This document shows, in pieces, positions 29,021 through 40,224 of a DNA stretch of 64,000 bases. The notes beneath the pieces were generated by a model. That model saw only the letters and a program-made list of their open reading frames with translations. It did not search any database and had not been told where the DNA came from. This stretch comes from an uncultured cyanobacterium (GTDB lineage: Bacteria; Cyanobacteriota; Cyanobacteriia; Pseudanabaenales; Pseudanabaenaceae). Location: NCBI GenBank assembly GCA_963703315.1, contig OY969811.1:1184001-1248000 (forward strand), written 5' to 3'. The position numbers and the translations under genes are program-made. Each line of letters begins with the position of its first letter. The first letter of the stretch is position 1.

Positions 29021-32000
29021 TTAGTTGGTGATCGCCAAATCTAACCCACGCTCAAAGATCTCATCGATCGCCAACATTTCACCGTCAGTAGTCATGAACT
29101 TATGATCTTTGGTGGCTTTAATGCGATCGCCATTTTCTAATTCATATTCAAAGACTTCTTGCTGACCGCGATCGTGCCATTGGGCGATCGGTTGAGTATA
29201 GACAAAGCCATTCTCGTCAACACTGTAAACCTGACATTCGATTTGATGTTCTACGATTTTACCGATCGGCATCAATCCATATTCCACAGTTCGCACTAAA
29301 GTATCGTAGCTAAGACAATACTCCGCAAAAATTACCATTTGATCGAAGAGATCATTAGAAATCTCTTTTCTAATCCCATTCTTAGCACAGCCATCAAGGA
29401 AGATAGAACGTTGCTTTTCCATTTCTTCAGGTTTCTTTTTACCCATCGCTCGCCGCAACAAGTCCGCCGCACCAAGGGAATACCCTGCTAGATCCTGAGC
29501 CATTTTCATGATTTGCTCTTGGTAGCAGTTATGAGTAACGACTCCATTAGCAAGAAAATAGGGAGAACTTTGATCTGTCATTTCAATATCAAAACATTCA
29601 GATTCACCCCAATCTTCAACGGATACTACAAATACGGGACGAGCATCCTGTAGATATGTCTCTGTATAAATTTTTTGATATGCTTCAGCCCAACCTATAA
29701 TCTTTGTCGCATATTGCGATCGCACTGGCTTAGCCATTACTCCTGATTGCAGAGAACGCTTTGCGGTTTTACGACTTTCTCGATCTGTCGTAGCGATCGC
29801 CTCTTCTAACTCTTCCTGCATTCTTAAAGATGGAACAGGAACAAAGTTATTCTTCTTCTCTCCCGTCAGTTTATTTGGTAATCTTGGCTCACCAATTAGC
29901 TGATAAAAACGAGCAATATCCGTAATCATTACATGGGTTGAATGCAATGAGTAGGAAATTTTTAGACTACTTAGCAATTGTCCTACTTGTTTAATTAGTT
30001 GATTGGAAATACTGCGAAAATAAGGATTTTGAGTATAGGAACCATCGCTATCCCATAGACCTCGCAAAACATCAATGCGATCGCTTTCTTGATAGTCAAC
30101 TATATCAACAGGTAAATGCTTATCTTTGGAGTTAACTTTCCAGTTTCTACCGCCATAGATTTTATCCATGAAGATAGTTAATGGTGTTGGCTGTGGTTGC
30201 GTATTGAACTTTGCATAGGCGTACCAGCAACGGGTATGAAAATAATGCCTTGGCTCACCTCCCCATGTTTTAACGATGAGATTCGCAATCCAAATTGCTG
30301 TCTCCTCAATATAGCAAGAAATATTGGGAGAACTAGAAGTTAAATGTCCATCGCCGACTAACAAACCTAATAGATAGGCTTCATTTGGATTAAGCGATTT
30401 ATTACTTTTAGAAATTTGCCAAGTTTCATAGATGATTGAGCCATTGACATGAGCATTTTTGATATTGCCCAAGGGCTTTAATTCATAGGCAAACTGATCT
30501 CCCTGTGGTGTGAGAAAACGATGCTCTGGAGTGCAGAAAATTTCAGTGCTAGTCGAGAGTGTAATTTTAACAATTGATTTAATCCCACTTTGCCATTGTT
30601 TCGCAACTTTTGCTGACCATACCCGCTTGCCATCGGATGAGAGAATTACATCACCTTTGCGAATGTTCTCGATCACTGTACTTGTGCCATCTGGTCTATC
30701 AATTAAAGTTCCCTTAGCAAGACACAAAACACCATAGGTATTGTTTAAAATTGGTTCTAAAGTGTGGTGCTGATATTCGATCGCCTCTCGACCATGCTTA
30801 CGATTAATGAACTTAGGAATTAGTCCTGCATCCAAAGGTCCTGGACGATACAGAGCAAGAATCGAAGAAATATCTTCAATATTGGAAGGCTTCAGATCCT
30901 TAACGATCTGCTTCATGCCTGAAGATTCTAATTGGAAGACACCTTCAAGATCGCCTTTTTCTAACAGCTTATAGGTTTTTTGATTTGCCTCAGTGGACAT
31001 ATCAGGGGCGATCGCATCAATATGAAAATTCGGATCTTGGTTGCCACGAATTAATTCACTCGTATGCTCAATCGTGGTTAGGTTCCGCAATCCCAAGAAG
31101 TCCATTTTTAAAAGACCTAGAGATTCCAAATCTTCCATTGTGTATTGCGTGACCACCTGACCTTCATTACTGCGTTGCAATGGCACAACCTCATCAAGGG
31201 GAAATGGCGAAATCACTACACCCGCCGCATGAACTCCAGAGCTTTTGTTTACGCCTTCGATCCGCATTGCCATGTCTAGCCATTCAAAGACTCTAGCATC
31301 TTGTTTGTAGCGATCGCGAAATTCTGGTGCTGGCGACTCCTCAGAAATCATCACCTTTAACTTAGCGGGTTTACCACGCGAAACAGGAATCATCTTCGCC
31401 ATTTTGTCGGCTTCACTGTAGGAGACATCTAGCACCCGCCCCACATCTTTGAGAACTGCTTTGGAAGTCAGACGGTTGAATGTAACAATCTGTGCGACTC
31501 GCTCCTGTCCATAGCGCTGGGTGACATAATCAATCAATTCGCCACGATGATCGATGCAGAAATCGGTATCAATATCAGGCATTGACTTCCGTTCAGGATT
31601 GAGAAATCTTTCAAAAAGAAGTCCGTGATGAATTGGGTCAATATTGGTAATACCCAGAGAGTACGCAACTAGTGAACCCGCCGCGCTACCACGTCCAGGA
31701 CCAACGGGAATATGTTTGTCTCTAGCGTATTTGATGTAATCCCATACCACTAGGAAGTAAGTCGCAAAGCCCATCTGCATAATAATTCCCAATTCAAAGC
31801 GCAGACGTTCTTGATAGTTCTGGGGAATCTCAGCATGGGTTTTGACATTAAATCTTTGCAGAAGTCCTTGCCATGTCACTTCTTCAAAATAAGTATCGGC
31901 GGTATGACCTTCAGGAATGGGATAGTCTGCCGCACGGGGATCGCGCATCAGGTCGTAGGGTTTGACTTTATTGGCAGCATGGAGGGTGTTTGCTAATGCC

Positions 32001-32809
32001 TCTTCAATCATGTCATCTTCCAAGTGATCACGAAATAGCTGCTTCATCTCAGCATAAGATTTGAGATATTCCATACCGCTATAACGGAGTCTTTTTTCAT
32101 CGGAAATTAGCTTTCCCGTTTGGATACAGAGCAACGCATCATGGGCTTCTACATCAGAGCAAGAAGTGAAGTGAGAGTCATTAGTAGCTATTACTCTAAT
32201 GTCTAATTCACGTGCAATTTTAAAAATCTCAACATTCACAATCCGATCTTCTTGATAGCCATGATCTTGAATTTCTAAATAATAATCATCGCCAAAATGT
32301 TCTTTATACCAATTAGCAACCCGCCGCGCTTCTTCGTGATCGCCATTCAAAATTGCCTGTGGCACTTCTCCCGCAAGGCAGCCTGACGTTACCATCAAAC
32401 CTTCTTTATATTGCAGTAGGTAATCTTTATTAATGCAAGGACGCGCAAAAATACCTTTGCCTTGAAAGCCTTGCAGATGAGAAATTGTGGTTAATTTAAC
32501 TAAATTTCGATATCCCTGTGTATCTTTAGCGAGAACACATTGGTGATATTTTCTTTTTTTTTCTTCTCTCTTATATTGCTTGGTGATATCCCCATTCAAG
32601 ACATACATTTCATTGCCAATAATTGGCTTAATACCCTTAGATTTGCAGGTTTTGATTAGCTCGATCGCCCCGTACATCACCCCATGATCGGTCAAGGCGA
32701 TCGCAGGCATCCCTAGCTCAACGGCACGACCGACTAGATCAGGAATCTGGCTCGCCCCATCGAGTAAGCTGTATTCAGTATGAACGTGTAGCCCCACAAA
32801 TCCAGTCAT
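29021..32809 (-). CDS. dnaE: DNA polymerase III alpha, N-terminal half of split dnaE, with a cis intein and the split intein N-part
   Basis: PHP domain ([11 protein letters not shown]), [22 protein letters not shown]; ends [10 protein letters not shown]...[11 protein letters not shown]. Confidence 0.97.
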   Translation of the reverse strand: MTGFVGLHVHTEYSLLDGASQIPDLVGRAVELGMPAIALTDHGVMYGAIELIKTCKSKGIKPIIGNEMYVLNGDITKQYKREEKKRKYHQCVLAKDTQGYRNLVKLTTISHLQGFQGKGIFARPCINKDYLLQYKEGLMVTSGCLAGEVPQAILNGDHEEARRVANWYKEHFGDDYYLEIQDHGYQEDRIVNVEIFKIARELDIRVIATNDSHFTSCSDVEAHDALLCIQTGKLISDEKRLRYSGMEYLKSYAEMKQLFRDHLEDDMIEEALANTLHAANKVKPYDLMRDPRAADYPIPEGHTADTYFEEVTWQGLLQRFNVKTHAEIPQNYQERLRFELGIIMQMGFATYFLVVWDYIKYARDKHIPVGPGRGSAAGSLVAYSLGITNIDPIHHGLLFERFLNPERKSMPDIDTDFCIDHRGELIDYVTQRYGQERVAQIVTFNRLTSKAVLKDVGRVLDVSYSEADKMAKMIPVSRGKPAKLKVMISEESPAPEFRDRYKQDARVFEWLDMAMRIEGVNKSSGVHAAGVVISPFPLDEVVPLQRSNEGQVVTQYTMEDLESLGLLKMDFLGLRNLTTIEHTSELIRGNQDPNFHIDAIAPDMSTEANQKTYKLLEKGDLEGVFQLESSGMKQIVKDLKPSNIEDISSILALYRPGPLDAGLIPKFINRKHGREAIEYQHHTLEPILNNTYGVLCLAKGTLIDRPDGTSTVIENIRKGDVILSSDGKRVWSAKVAKQWQSGIKSIVKITLSTSTEIFCTPEHRFLTPQGDQFAYELKPLGNIKNAHVNGSIIYETWQISKSNKSLNPNEAYLLGLLVGDGHLTSSSPNISCYIEETAIWIANLIVKTWGGEPRHYFHTRCWYAYAKFNTQPQPTPLTIFMDKIYGGRNWKVNSKDKHLPVDIVDYQESDRIDVLRGLWDSDGSYTQNPYFRSISNQLIKQVGQLLSSLKISYSLHSTHVMITDIARFYQLIGEPRLPNKLTGEKKNNFVPVPSLRMQEELEEAIATTDRESRKTAKRSLQSGVMAKPVRSQYATKIIGWAEAYQKIYTETYLQDARPVFVVSVEDWGESECFDIEMTDQSSPYFLANGVVTHNCYQEQIMKMAQDLAGYSLGAADLLRRAMGKKKPEEMEKQRSIFLDGCAKNGIRKEISNDLFDQMVIFAEYCLSYDTLVRTVEYGLMPIGKIVEHQIECQVYSVDENGFVYTQPIAQWHDRGQQEVFEYELENGDRIKATKDHKFMTTDGEMLAIDEIFERGLDLAITN
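29024..29317 (-). other. Split DnaE intein, N-terminal half (98 aa)
   Basis: CLSYDT...TVEYG..PIGKIVE...QWHDRG.QEVFEY.LE.G..I.AT.DHKFMT, the canonical cyanobacterial IntN. Confidence 0.95.
29528..30724 (-). mobile_element. Cis-splicing intein (399 aa) with LAGLIDADG homing endonuclease
   Basis: Inserted in TYGVL/CYQEQIM. Starts CLAKGT, block [19 protein letters not shown] and LRGLWDSDG motifs, ends [10 protein letters not shown] followed by Cys. Confidence 0.93.
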
Positions 32810-32890
32810 ATTGATCCGTTAAATCAAATCTAAATAGCTAGATTAACATGATCTGTTAGTAGCGATCGTCATAATCCTGAAGTAGTTGAA

Positions 32891-32926
32891 TGAGGCAAGA
32901 GTAATTCATGAATTACTCTTGCCTCA
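32891..32926. terminator. Perfect 36-bp palindrome at the GT2 stop
   Basis: tgaggcaagagtaattca|tgaattactcttgcctca. Confidence 0.55.
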
Positions 32927-33841
32927 AGACTGTGGCACTCTCTTCAATAACTTTCTTAATTTATAAGAAATATATGGTATGGCAATTAATAATGGATTTT
33001 TGATAAGTTCTGGTATTAATTTTCGATATTTACTTTTCTGCTTTATTGTAGGTATGTCGTAGCCCAATAGGTTTAGCCATTCTCTTTTAGCCTCTATTCT
33101 CCCAATTTCAGAGATCGTAGAACTTTTATTGTAGCTATAACACCGAAAACAGCCAAGATAATCATTTAACTTAAGAAAGTTTCCATGTAAGTACAGCCTT
33201 AAAAAAAATTCTAAATCCATAGCAAATTTTAGTTCCTTTTTAAGAAGACCCACTACTTCCATTGCATTTCTTCGCCAAAATACGGTTTCCGAAGCGATCG
33301 TATAACCAGTTTGCATTGGATTGAATTTTGGCTGAGGAGACCACCCAGTAACATTACTGGCTTGATCAATGAGAATTCTATTCCCATGCACTAGTATGTA
33401 ACTAGGATGATTATGTAGTGCATAAAAAATCTTTTTTAACGTATTTTTTATGTATAAGTCGTCACTGTTAAGCCATCCAATAATAGAACCATTACTTTGT
33501 CTCAAACCTTTATTAATAGCGTCTGATTGACCTTCATCTTTCTCACTAATCCAATAAGCAAGAAATAGCTCATATTTTTTAATGATGTCAACTGAGTTAT
33601 CAGTACTTCCTCCATCAATAATGATGTACTCAAGATTAGGATAGCCTTGTAACAGAACTGAGCGAATTGTCTCTTCTATAAATTCGCCTTGATTGTAACT
33701 AGGTGTAACAATACTAATGAGGGGATATGCAAAGTTATCAGTTGGCTTGTTAGTTAATGGTTCTGATTGCTCTGTCCAAGGCCAGCCTGTTTTCCCCTTT
33801 GGTGGGGCAGGTAAGTCTTTGAGTGTTAAAGTCATACTCAT
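32924..33841 (-). CDS. Glycosyltransferase family 2
   Basis: GWPW, ISIVTPSYNQG, DGGSTD, GQSDAINKG, WLNSDD. Confidence 0.92.
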   Translation of the reverse strand: MSMTLTLKDLPAPPKGKTGWPWTEQSEPLTNKPTDNFAYPLISIVTPSYNQGEFIEETIRSVLLQGYPNLEYIIIDGGSTDNSVDIIKKYELFLAYWISEKDEGQSDAINKGLRQSNGSIIGWLNSDDLYIKNTLKKIFYALHNHPSYILVHGNRILIDQASNVTGWSPQPKFNPMQTGYTIASETVFWRRNAMEVVGLLKKELKFAMDLEFFLRLYLHGNFLKLNDYLGCFRCYSYNKSSTISEIGRIEAKREWLNLLGYDIPTIKQKSKYRKLIPELIKNPLLIAIPYISYKLRKLLKRVPQS

Positions 33842-33919
33842 TAATCCTAAAAGCGAGACTATAAGCCATGCTCTATATGTAGCTTATAGTCTCACTCAAA
33901 AATATTAATTATGTTAGTA

Positions 33920-35176
33920 CTATGGATCAACCCAGCGATCGTCGGATTTGATCAGCGCAATCAACTGCTCTACACCTTCAGCTTCAGGTACGCGCTTGAT
34001 TTCTTCTTTGCCACGATAGAGCGAGATGATTCCAGGGGTTTTGCCAACATAGCCATAGTCTGCATCTGCCATTTCCCCAGGTCCATTAACGATGCAACCC
34101 ATTACGGCAATGTCTAGACCAACCAAATGGCTAGTAGCTTCACGGACTTTATGTAGGACTTCTTCTAGGTTGAATAAAGTACGACCGCAGGATGGACAAG
34201 CGACATATTCGACCATCGTTTTGCGGAGTCCGAGGGACTGCAAAATGCTATAGCAAACAGGGATTTCTTTTTCGGGGGCTTCGGTGAGAGAGACGCGGAT
34301 GGTGTCACCAATGCCTTGAGATAATAAGGTGGCAATACCTGCGGTGGACTTGATCCGACCATATTCACCATCACCTGCTTCGGTTACGCCTAAATGTAAG
34401 GGATAGTCCATGCCAAGCTGATCCATGCGCTTGACCATCAGTTGATAGGCGGCGATCATCACAGGAACACGGGATGCCTTCATGGAAATGACGATATTTC
34501 TAAAGTCTAGATCTTCACAAATCCGAATAAACTCGATCGCAGATTCGACCATGCCCTGAGGAGTGTCACCGTAGGTAAATAACATCCGCTCGGCAAGTGA
34601 GCCATGATTTACGCCGATCCGCATAGCTTTACCTTGTTCTTTAAGGCTCAAAACTAAAGGCTTAAGGGTATCACGGACTTTTTCGGCGATTTCGTCAAAT
34701 TCTGATTGGGTGTATTCGGTGCGATTTGCTTTGGGTTTCTCGAATACATATAAGCCGGGATTAATGCGGACTTTGTGAATATGCTTGGCGACTTCGAGGG
34801 CAATTTTCATACCGTTGTGGTGGACATCGGCAACCAGAGGCACATCAAGATAAGTACGTTTGAGCTTTTGACGAATTTCTGAGAGTGCGGCGGCGTGAGC
34901 CATGCTAGGGACAGTGACGCGCACAATTTCGCAGCCAATTTCATGCAAGCGGCGAATTCCTGCTACGGAGCCATCAATATCGAGGGTATCTTCATTAATC
35001 ATCGACTGTACTACTACAGGTGCGCCGCCACCGATGGTGATATTGCCCACTTGTACAGGTCGGGTTTTGCGTCTGACGATTACACCAAGATTTTCGTTGC
35101 CATCGATAATTGGTTCAGCTTGGGCGGGTTGTGTGCCGTTTTGGATGCTTTTTGTATTCTCAGAAACAGTCGTCAT
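33920..35176 (-). CDS. ispG: (E)-4-hydroxy-3-methylbut-2-enyl-diphosphate synthase
   Basis: [43 protein letters not shown]. Confidence 0.97.
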   Translation of the reverse strand: MTTVSENTKSIQNGTQPAQAEPIIDGNENLGVIVRRKTRPVQVGNITIGGGAPVVVQSMINEDTLDIDGSVAGIRRLHEIGCEIVRVTVPSMAHAAALSEIRQKLKRTYLDVPLVADVHHNGMKIALEVAKHIHKVRINPGLYVFEKPKANRTEYTQSEFDEIAEKVRDTLKPLVLSLKEQGKAMRIGVNHGSLAERMLFTYGDTPQGMVESAIEFIRICEDLDFRNIVISMKASRVPVMIAAYQLMVKRMDQLGMDYPLHLGVTEAGDGEYGRIKSTAGIATLLSQGIGDTIRVSLTEAPEKEIPVCYSILQSLGLRKTMVEYVACPSCGRTLFNLEEVLHKVREATSHLVGLDIAVMGCIVNGPGEMADADYGYVGKTPGIISLYRGKEEIKRVPEAEGVEQLIALIKSDDRWVDP

Positions 35177-35404
35177 AACACTTTTAGTTACTTTCAGTTA
35201 TTAGTTTATCTGAAAGTAGGTAAAATATAGCTTTATTCTTGTCTTTAAATATAAGGATATAAAAGGTGATTGTGCTAATGCCGATCTCGCTATTCACCGC
35301 TAAACTAAAAGTATTGTAAAAATCTGACAAAATTGGGATACGGTCAATACACTCGCCAATTACAGTTCCATTTTAATATTTCAAAAATAAAAGCTAGTAA
35401 AGCC

Positions 35405-38400
35405 ATGTCATCCTCTCCATCACAACCTGCAACTGATTTGCGCGAGGCTTACCGTGTGTGTGAGCCAAAGCCTTTAAATGGAGATGATTTTGAAAAATAT
35501 TATGAGCCTTTATTGGATGAGAATGATTTTGATGCAGTAAAAGCGATCGGGGCTTCTCTATTTGTGCAGGAATTGGGAGAACATAAGACTTTTTTTCTAG
35601 CTGGGCATCGTGGTTGTGGCAAGACAACAGAATTAAATTTGCTTGTAAAGAATTGGGGTGAAGATTATCATGTGATTTACATTGAAACTCTCAATATATT
35701 AGATATTCACAATATCGACTGCATTGATATTTATTTACTCGCTGTATTTTATGTTAATCAACATATAGATAAGTATGAAATTAAAATTGAGATAAACATT
35801 ATCAAACAATTTGAAGATGTTATCACTAGAATTATTCGTTGTGCTACAGGATATTCTAATGGACAAAAACTTGAAGATGAAATTTCTTCGTTAAGATATA
35901 TTGCAGAAAAAGAGGATAGTAGAAGATTAGAGTTGCTAACAGGTTTTGCGTCACTTTTGAATGGAATATTACTTAAAATAAATAGATCAGAAATAATTGA
36001 TGGATTGAATTATTCATCGACTTCAGAGATGTTGAACCATGAAAAAATTACAACGTATAGAGAAGCATTTGCTCATTATAAAGATGAGTTTAGGGATATA
36101 TTTGAAGTGCTTTTAAATGATTTTAATAAAGCACTTAAAAAACAGAACAATAGCTGTAAAGGACTTTTAATTATATTCGATGATATTGATAAATGTGATT
36201 CGGATACAGCTAAGATTCTTTTTCAAAATCAAATAGAAAATCTTTTTGAGATTAGGTGTAATGTAATCTACACTGTTCCAATATTTAGTCTGAATTATTT
36301 GGAGGAAACGCATCAAAATGTTTTCCTTATTCCACTGTTAAACATTTATAAATTTAGAGAATCTGAACTACAGCCACAGATAAATAACTGGACAGTTCAA
36401 AAAATTACAAATTTGTTGAATCGGCGAGTTGATATAAATGTTTTATTTGATTCAGATAAAATTATATACAAACTAATTATTTCTAGTGGAGGTCATTTAA
36501 GAAACCTATTCATGTTATTGCAACTCTCATATATATCTGCAATTGGCAGAGGTAATAAGACCGTTAACGAGATAGATGCTAATTATTCAATTGAACACTT
36601 TCAGAATGATTTTGAACGTTATATTCCTTCTGAATTGTATTATGACATCGCTAACTCTTTCTATACAAAGGCTTTGCAAAATGATTCAGCAGCTTTAGCT
36701 GTGTATGCGGGGGTAATATCGCAATACCGTTATAAAAAAAGAGACTGGTTGTTCCCAAATCCTATTATTTTACAAATTGATAAATTCAAAAATGCGCTCC
36801 GTGAAGTAAAAAAATTATCAACGGAAATTTCAGAATCCAAACAACTAGATTATTCTTGGCGAAACTTGGTGATTGTAGAAATTGAACTTAAAAATATTCG
36901 ATGCTTTGAGAATTTGAAAATAGATTTTACTGAAGCTGATAAACTTTCTGATTGGTTCATGATTTTGGGTGAAAATGCCGCAGGAAAAACGACTTTACTT
37001 AGAAGTATTGCTCTTGGACTATGCGATCAAAGTGATGCTGCTGCTTTAATGTCATCTCTGCGTGGAGATTTAGTACGAGATGGTGCAGATGAAGGCTCTA
37101 TCAAGATCGTGTTGTGTAACAAAGATGCCTCACAAATCCCCCTTTTGCGATCGCAACAACTACGTCGAGCATTACTAAGCGCTTTTCCAACTATCTCTAA
37201 ACTTAAAGCCCTCAAAAATGCTTTACCAGAAGAATTAGGTCAACCCTCACCATATCCTAGCCTTTCCGAACAGATTGTTGAGATGATTGGGCGTGCAAAC
37301 ACAGAAGAAAAGCTTGACGAGTTAATAGCGATCGCTCGTCAACAAAGTCCAGATAATCGATCTTTGCAAAATCTAGACGGAGATAACCAAACAAATACTT
37401 ATACGATTACAACTACGATTACCAAGCAATCGGAAAAAAGTGAAACTCTTACCCAAAAAATTGAGCCAGAAATTGATTTTCTGTGGTCAGATATTTTTGT
37501 ATGTGGTTACGGGGCAAATCGTACTACCCAAACTTACACAAATCATGAAGGCTACCGCAGCCTTGATGCTGTGCAATCATTGTTTACTTCTCAAGTCTCT
37601 TTTCAAGATCCAGAAGTAGTTTTGCGGCGGCGCAGCGATGAAGTCCGCAAGCAGATCGAACAACAATTACTCAAAGTACTGATGCTTGATGACCATGCCG
37701 AATATCAGTTTCATTACAGCGATCGCGGTATCGAAGTCGATGGTCCTTGGGGTAGACAGCCCCTTGCCGCGCTCAGTGATGGCTATCGAAGCACTAGCCA
37801 ATGGCTGCTGGATTTTATTGGGTGGGCTGTTCATGCTAATCGACTTACAGAAAGCGGTAATATCGGCGGCATTCTGCTCATAGATGAAGTAGAACAACAT
37901 TTACATCCTCTTTGGCAACGTTACTTTGTGCAGCGTTTGCATGAGATGTTTCCTAACACTCAAATTATTGCTTCCACGCATACACCTCTAGCAGCTTCAG
38001 GAGTTGCTGATATCGAGAGCGGTCTTCTGGTGAAGCTAGACCGTAGCCCTGAAAACGGTGTTCAAGCTAAGCTAATCAACAAAGAAGAACTATATGGTAA
38101 ACGTGCCGATCAGGTACTGACTTCAGAGGCTTTCGGCTTATTTACCAGTCGTAATCAAGGCAGTTTGACTGACATTGATCGCTACTCTGAACTACTTGGT
38201 CATACTCAACTAACAGCAAAAGAAGAAGACGAATTACAGGAATTACGCGAAAAGCTGCAAGACAGTCTTCAAGATGGTGAAAATGCTACAGAAAGATTAG
38301 TCAGGAGAGAAGTGGAATCTGCTATTGAGAAAACGGCAAGCGATATTACGCCTGAATTGCTGGAGCTAGAAATCGCCAAACACCTACAACAGCTTTCTAA

Positions 38401-38413
38401 TCAGGGGGCTTAG
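35405..38413 (+). CDS. Fusion protein: P-loop ATPase + PtuA-like ABC ATPase with inserted EAD1-like domain
   Basis: N-half: GHRGCGKT, IFDDIDK, SGGHLR. C-half: LKNIRCF, GENAAGKTT, LSDGYRS, LLIDEVEQHLHP, STHTP. Insert: QQLRRALLSAFPT...LDELIAIARQQSPDNRSL. ATG at 35405. Confidence 0.85.
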   Translation: MSSSPSQPATDLREAYRVCEPKPLNGDDFEKYYEPLLDENDFDAVKAIGASLFVQELGEHKTFFLAGHRGCGKTTELNLLVKNWGEDYHVIYIETLNILDIHNIDCIDIYLLAVFYVNQHIDKYEIKIEINIIKQFEDVITRIIRCATGYSNGQKLEDEISSLRYIAEKEDSRRLELLTGFASLLNGILLKINRSEIIDGLNYSSTSEMLNHEKITTYREAFAHYKDEFRDIFEVLLNDFNKALKKQNNSCKGLLIIFDDIDKCDSDTAKILFQNQIENLFEIRCNVIYTVPIFSLNYLEETHQNVFLIPLLNIYKFRESELQPQINNWTVQKITNLLNRRVDINVLFDSDKIIYKLIISSGGHLRNLFMLLQLSYISAIGRGNKTVNEIDANYSIEHFQNDFERYIPSELYYDIANSFYTKALQNDSAALAVYAGVISQYRYKKRDWLFPNPIILQIDKFKNALREVKKLSTEISESKQLDYSWRNLVIVEIELKNIRCFENLKIDFTEADKLSDWFMILGENAAGKTTLLRSIALGLCDQSDAAALMSSLRGDLVRDGADEGSIKIVLCNKDASQIPLLRSQQLRRALLSAFPTISKLKALKNALPEELGQPSPYPSLSEQIVEMIGRANTEEKLDELIAIARQQSPDNRSLQNLDGDNQTNTYTITTTITKQSEKSETLTQKIEPEIDFLWSDIFVCGYGANRTTQTYTNHEGYRSLDAVQSLFTSQVSFQDPEVVLRRRSDEVRKQIEQQLLKVLMLDDHAEYQFHYSDRGIEVDGPWGRQPLAALSDGYRSTSQWLLDFIGWAVHANRLTESGNIGGILLIDEVEQHLHPLWQRYFVQRLHEMFPNTQIIASTHTPLAASGVADIESGLLVKLDRSPENGVQAKLINKEELYGKRADQVLTSEAFGLFTSRNQGSLTDIDRYSELLGHTQLTAKEEDELQELREKLQDSLQDGENATERLVRREVESAIEKTASDITPELLELEIAKHLQQLSNQGA

Positions 38414-38415
38414 AG

Positions 38416-39315
38416 GTGAGGAAAATCTTTGTTCAGGAGCCAGATAGTGACATCTGGAAGAAATGGATTCGTGATTGTCAAGAAGAAACCAAAAAGGCAA
38501 TAGATTCAGTTGCTAAAGGAGAAAGACCAATAGTTAACGAGAATCTATACAAGAGAGATAGTATTAAAAAGAGCTATTTTGTTAGTAGAGATGCACCATT
38601 TTATGGGCGTTGTGCCTATTGTGAAACCCCAATTGCTGACACTCAATATATTCAAGTCGAACACTTTCGCCCCAAAGCAGGAATTAAAGATGAGAATGGT
38701 AGAGTGATTAATCTCAAGGATGAGAACGGAATTGATACAGGAAAACCACACCTTGGGTATTACTGGCTAGCTTACGATTGGCGAAATCTACTTCCTTCTT
38801 GTGCAATATGTAATCAGCCGAAAAGCACGGTCTTCCCAGTTGTTGGACGACACGCTCAAATTCCTAGCGAAGAATCAAACGAAAGTCCCCTACTGATTAA
38901 TCCAATCAGCGAATTAGAAAAGGATAATCCAGAGCATCATCTATCTGTTGATATAAACACTGGGATTATGTATGCTGTGAATGAAAGTTTTCGGGGTGCA
39001 ATGTGTATCCAGATTTTCAAACTTAACGAACGTGAACAATTAGTTGATGGAAGAAAAAATATACGAAGAAACTCTAATGCGATGATCATAGAATTTCAGA
39101 ATGCCCACACAAAACTTTCTGATCCAACCTATTTGAAAAAGCAAGCTTATCAAGAAATTATCGAACACTATGAAGAATTAATCGGTGTTTTTGAAGGGAA
39201 GAAGCCCTACACGATAGCTTATTTGAGCATATTGCGGAAACAAGGTTTTTCAATTGAGTGGCTTCAGAAACAATGCCAGATATTTCAAGATCTTCTTTCT
39301 AAACTTGATCACTAA
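38416..39315 (+). CDS. HNH endonuclease (PtuB/retron-effector-like)
   Basis: CAYCE, VEHFRPK, YWLAYDWRNLLPSCAICN, PLLINP; starts 2 nt after the ATPase stop. Confidence 0.88.
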   Translation: MRKIFVQEPDSDIWKKWIRDCQEETKKAIDSVAKGERPIVNENLYKRDSIKKSYFVSRDAPFYGRCAYCETPIADTQYIQVEHFRPKAGIKDENGRVINLKDENGIDTGKPHLGYYWLAYDWRNLLPSCAICNQPKSTVFPVVGRHAQIPSEESNESPLLINPISELEKDNPEHHLSVDINTGIMYAVNESFRGAMCIQIFKLNEREQLVDGRKNIRRNSNAMIIEFQNAHTKLSDPTYLKKQAYQEIIEHYEELIGVFEGKKPYTIAYLSILRKQGFSIEWLQKQCQIFQDLLSKLDH

Positions 39316-39402
39316 TAGCGATCGCATGAAAATCATCAACAAAACAAAGGATCTTGGCGATCGCCTACGATGAAGTAACATAATATTGCAAAATAAATAT
39401 AT

Positions 39403-40224
39403 TTGTCCATGAATTATTTTCCTGCTCATCGATATTTTGCTTACCTTACGTCACCAGCGATCGCCTCTATGCCAGATAAACAAAACGTGGTGATTATTCA
39501 GCCGATGGGGGCGATCGAGCAGCATGGCGCACATTTACCATTAATTGTTGATGCGGCGATTAGTATTGGGGTGTTGGCAAGGGCTTTAGCAAAATTAGAT
39601 CCTGCGATTCCTGCCTATGCTTTGCCGCCTCTGTATTACGGCAAATCGAATGAGCATATTGGTTTTGGAGGAACGATTACGTTGAGTACACAGACAATGC
39701 TGGCGGTGTTAACTGACATTGCTGAAAGTGTGCATCGGGCAGGATTTCGCAAGTTAGCCTTGATGAATTCCCACGGTGGACAGCCGCAAATTTTGGAAAT
39801 AGTGGCTCGGGATCTCCACTCGAAATATCGCGATTTCGAGATCTTTCCGCTTTTTACTTGGCACGTTCCCAATGCCACCAAAGATTTATTAACCGCCAAA
39901 GAGTTAGAATTTGGAATTCATGGCGGCGATGCCGAAACTAGTTTGATGTTGGCGCTTTTGCCTGAACAGGTACAAATGGATAAAGCCGTAACTGAATATC
40001 CCTATGGATTGCCTGAGAATAGTCTACTCAGTATGGAATCTGCGAATCCCTTTGCATGGGTGATGCGTGATTTGACTCGAAGTGGAGTGTTGGGGGATGC
40101 TAAAGCGGCAACTAGAGAAAAAGGGGAAAAGATTCTGGATTCTCTAGTTGATGGTTGGGTGCAATTGATTGAAGATATTTACAAGTTTGAGCAACCAAAA
40201 GCATATGGCAATCATCTCCTCTAA
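39403..40224 (+). CDS. Creatininase-family amidohydrolase
   Basis: [32 protein letters not shown]. Confidence 0.92.
   Translation: MSMNYFPAHRYFAYLTSPAIASMPDKQNVVIIQPMGAIEQHGAHLPLIVDAAISIGVLARALAKLDPAIPAYALPPLYYGKSNEHIGFGGTITLSTQTMLAVLTDIAESVHRAGFRKLALMNSHGGQPQILEIVARDLHSKYRDFEIFPLFTWHVPNATKDLLTAKELEFGIHGGDAETSLMLALLPEQVQMDKAVTEYPYGLPENSLLSMESANPFAWVMRDLTRSGVLGDAKAATREKGEKILDSLVDGWVQLIEDIYKFEQPKAYGNHLL

Noticed and set aside
27707..29182. Diversity-generating retroelement (template/variable repeat) reading of the dnaE repeats
   Set aside because: Mismatches are not adenine-specific, several are synonymous, and no reverse transcriptase is present.
35405..39315. Retron system
   Set aside because: The effector pair resembles retron-associated ATPase/HNH, but no RT gene or recognisable msr-msd lies nearby.
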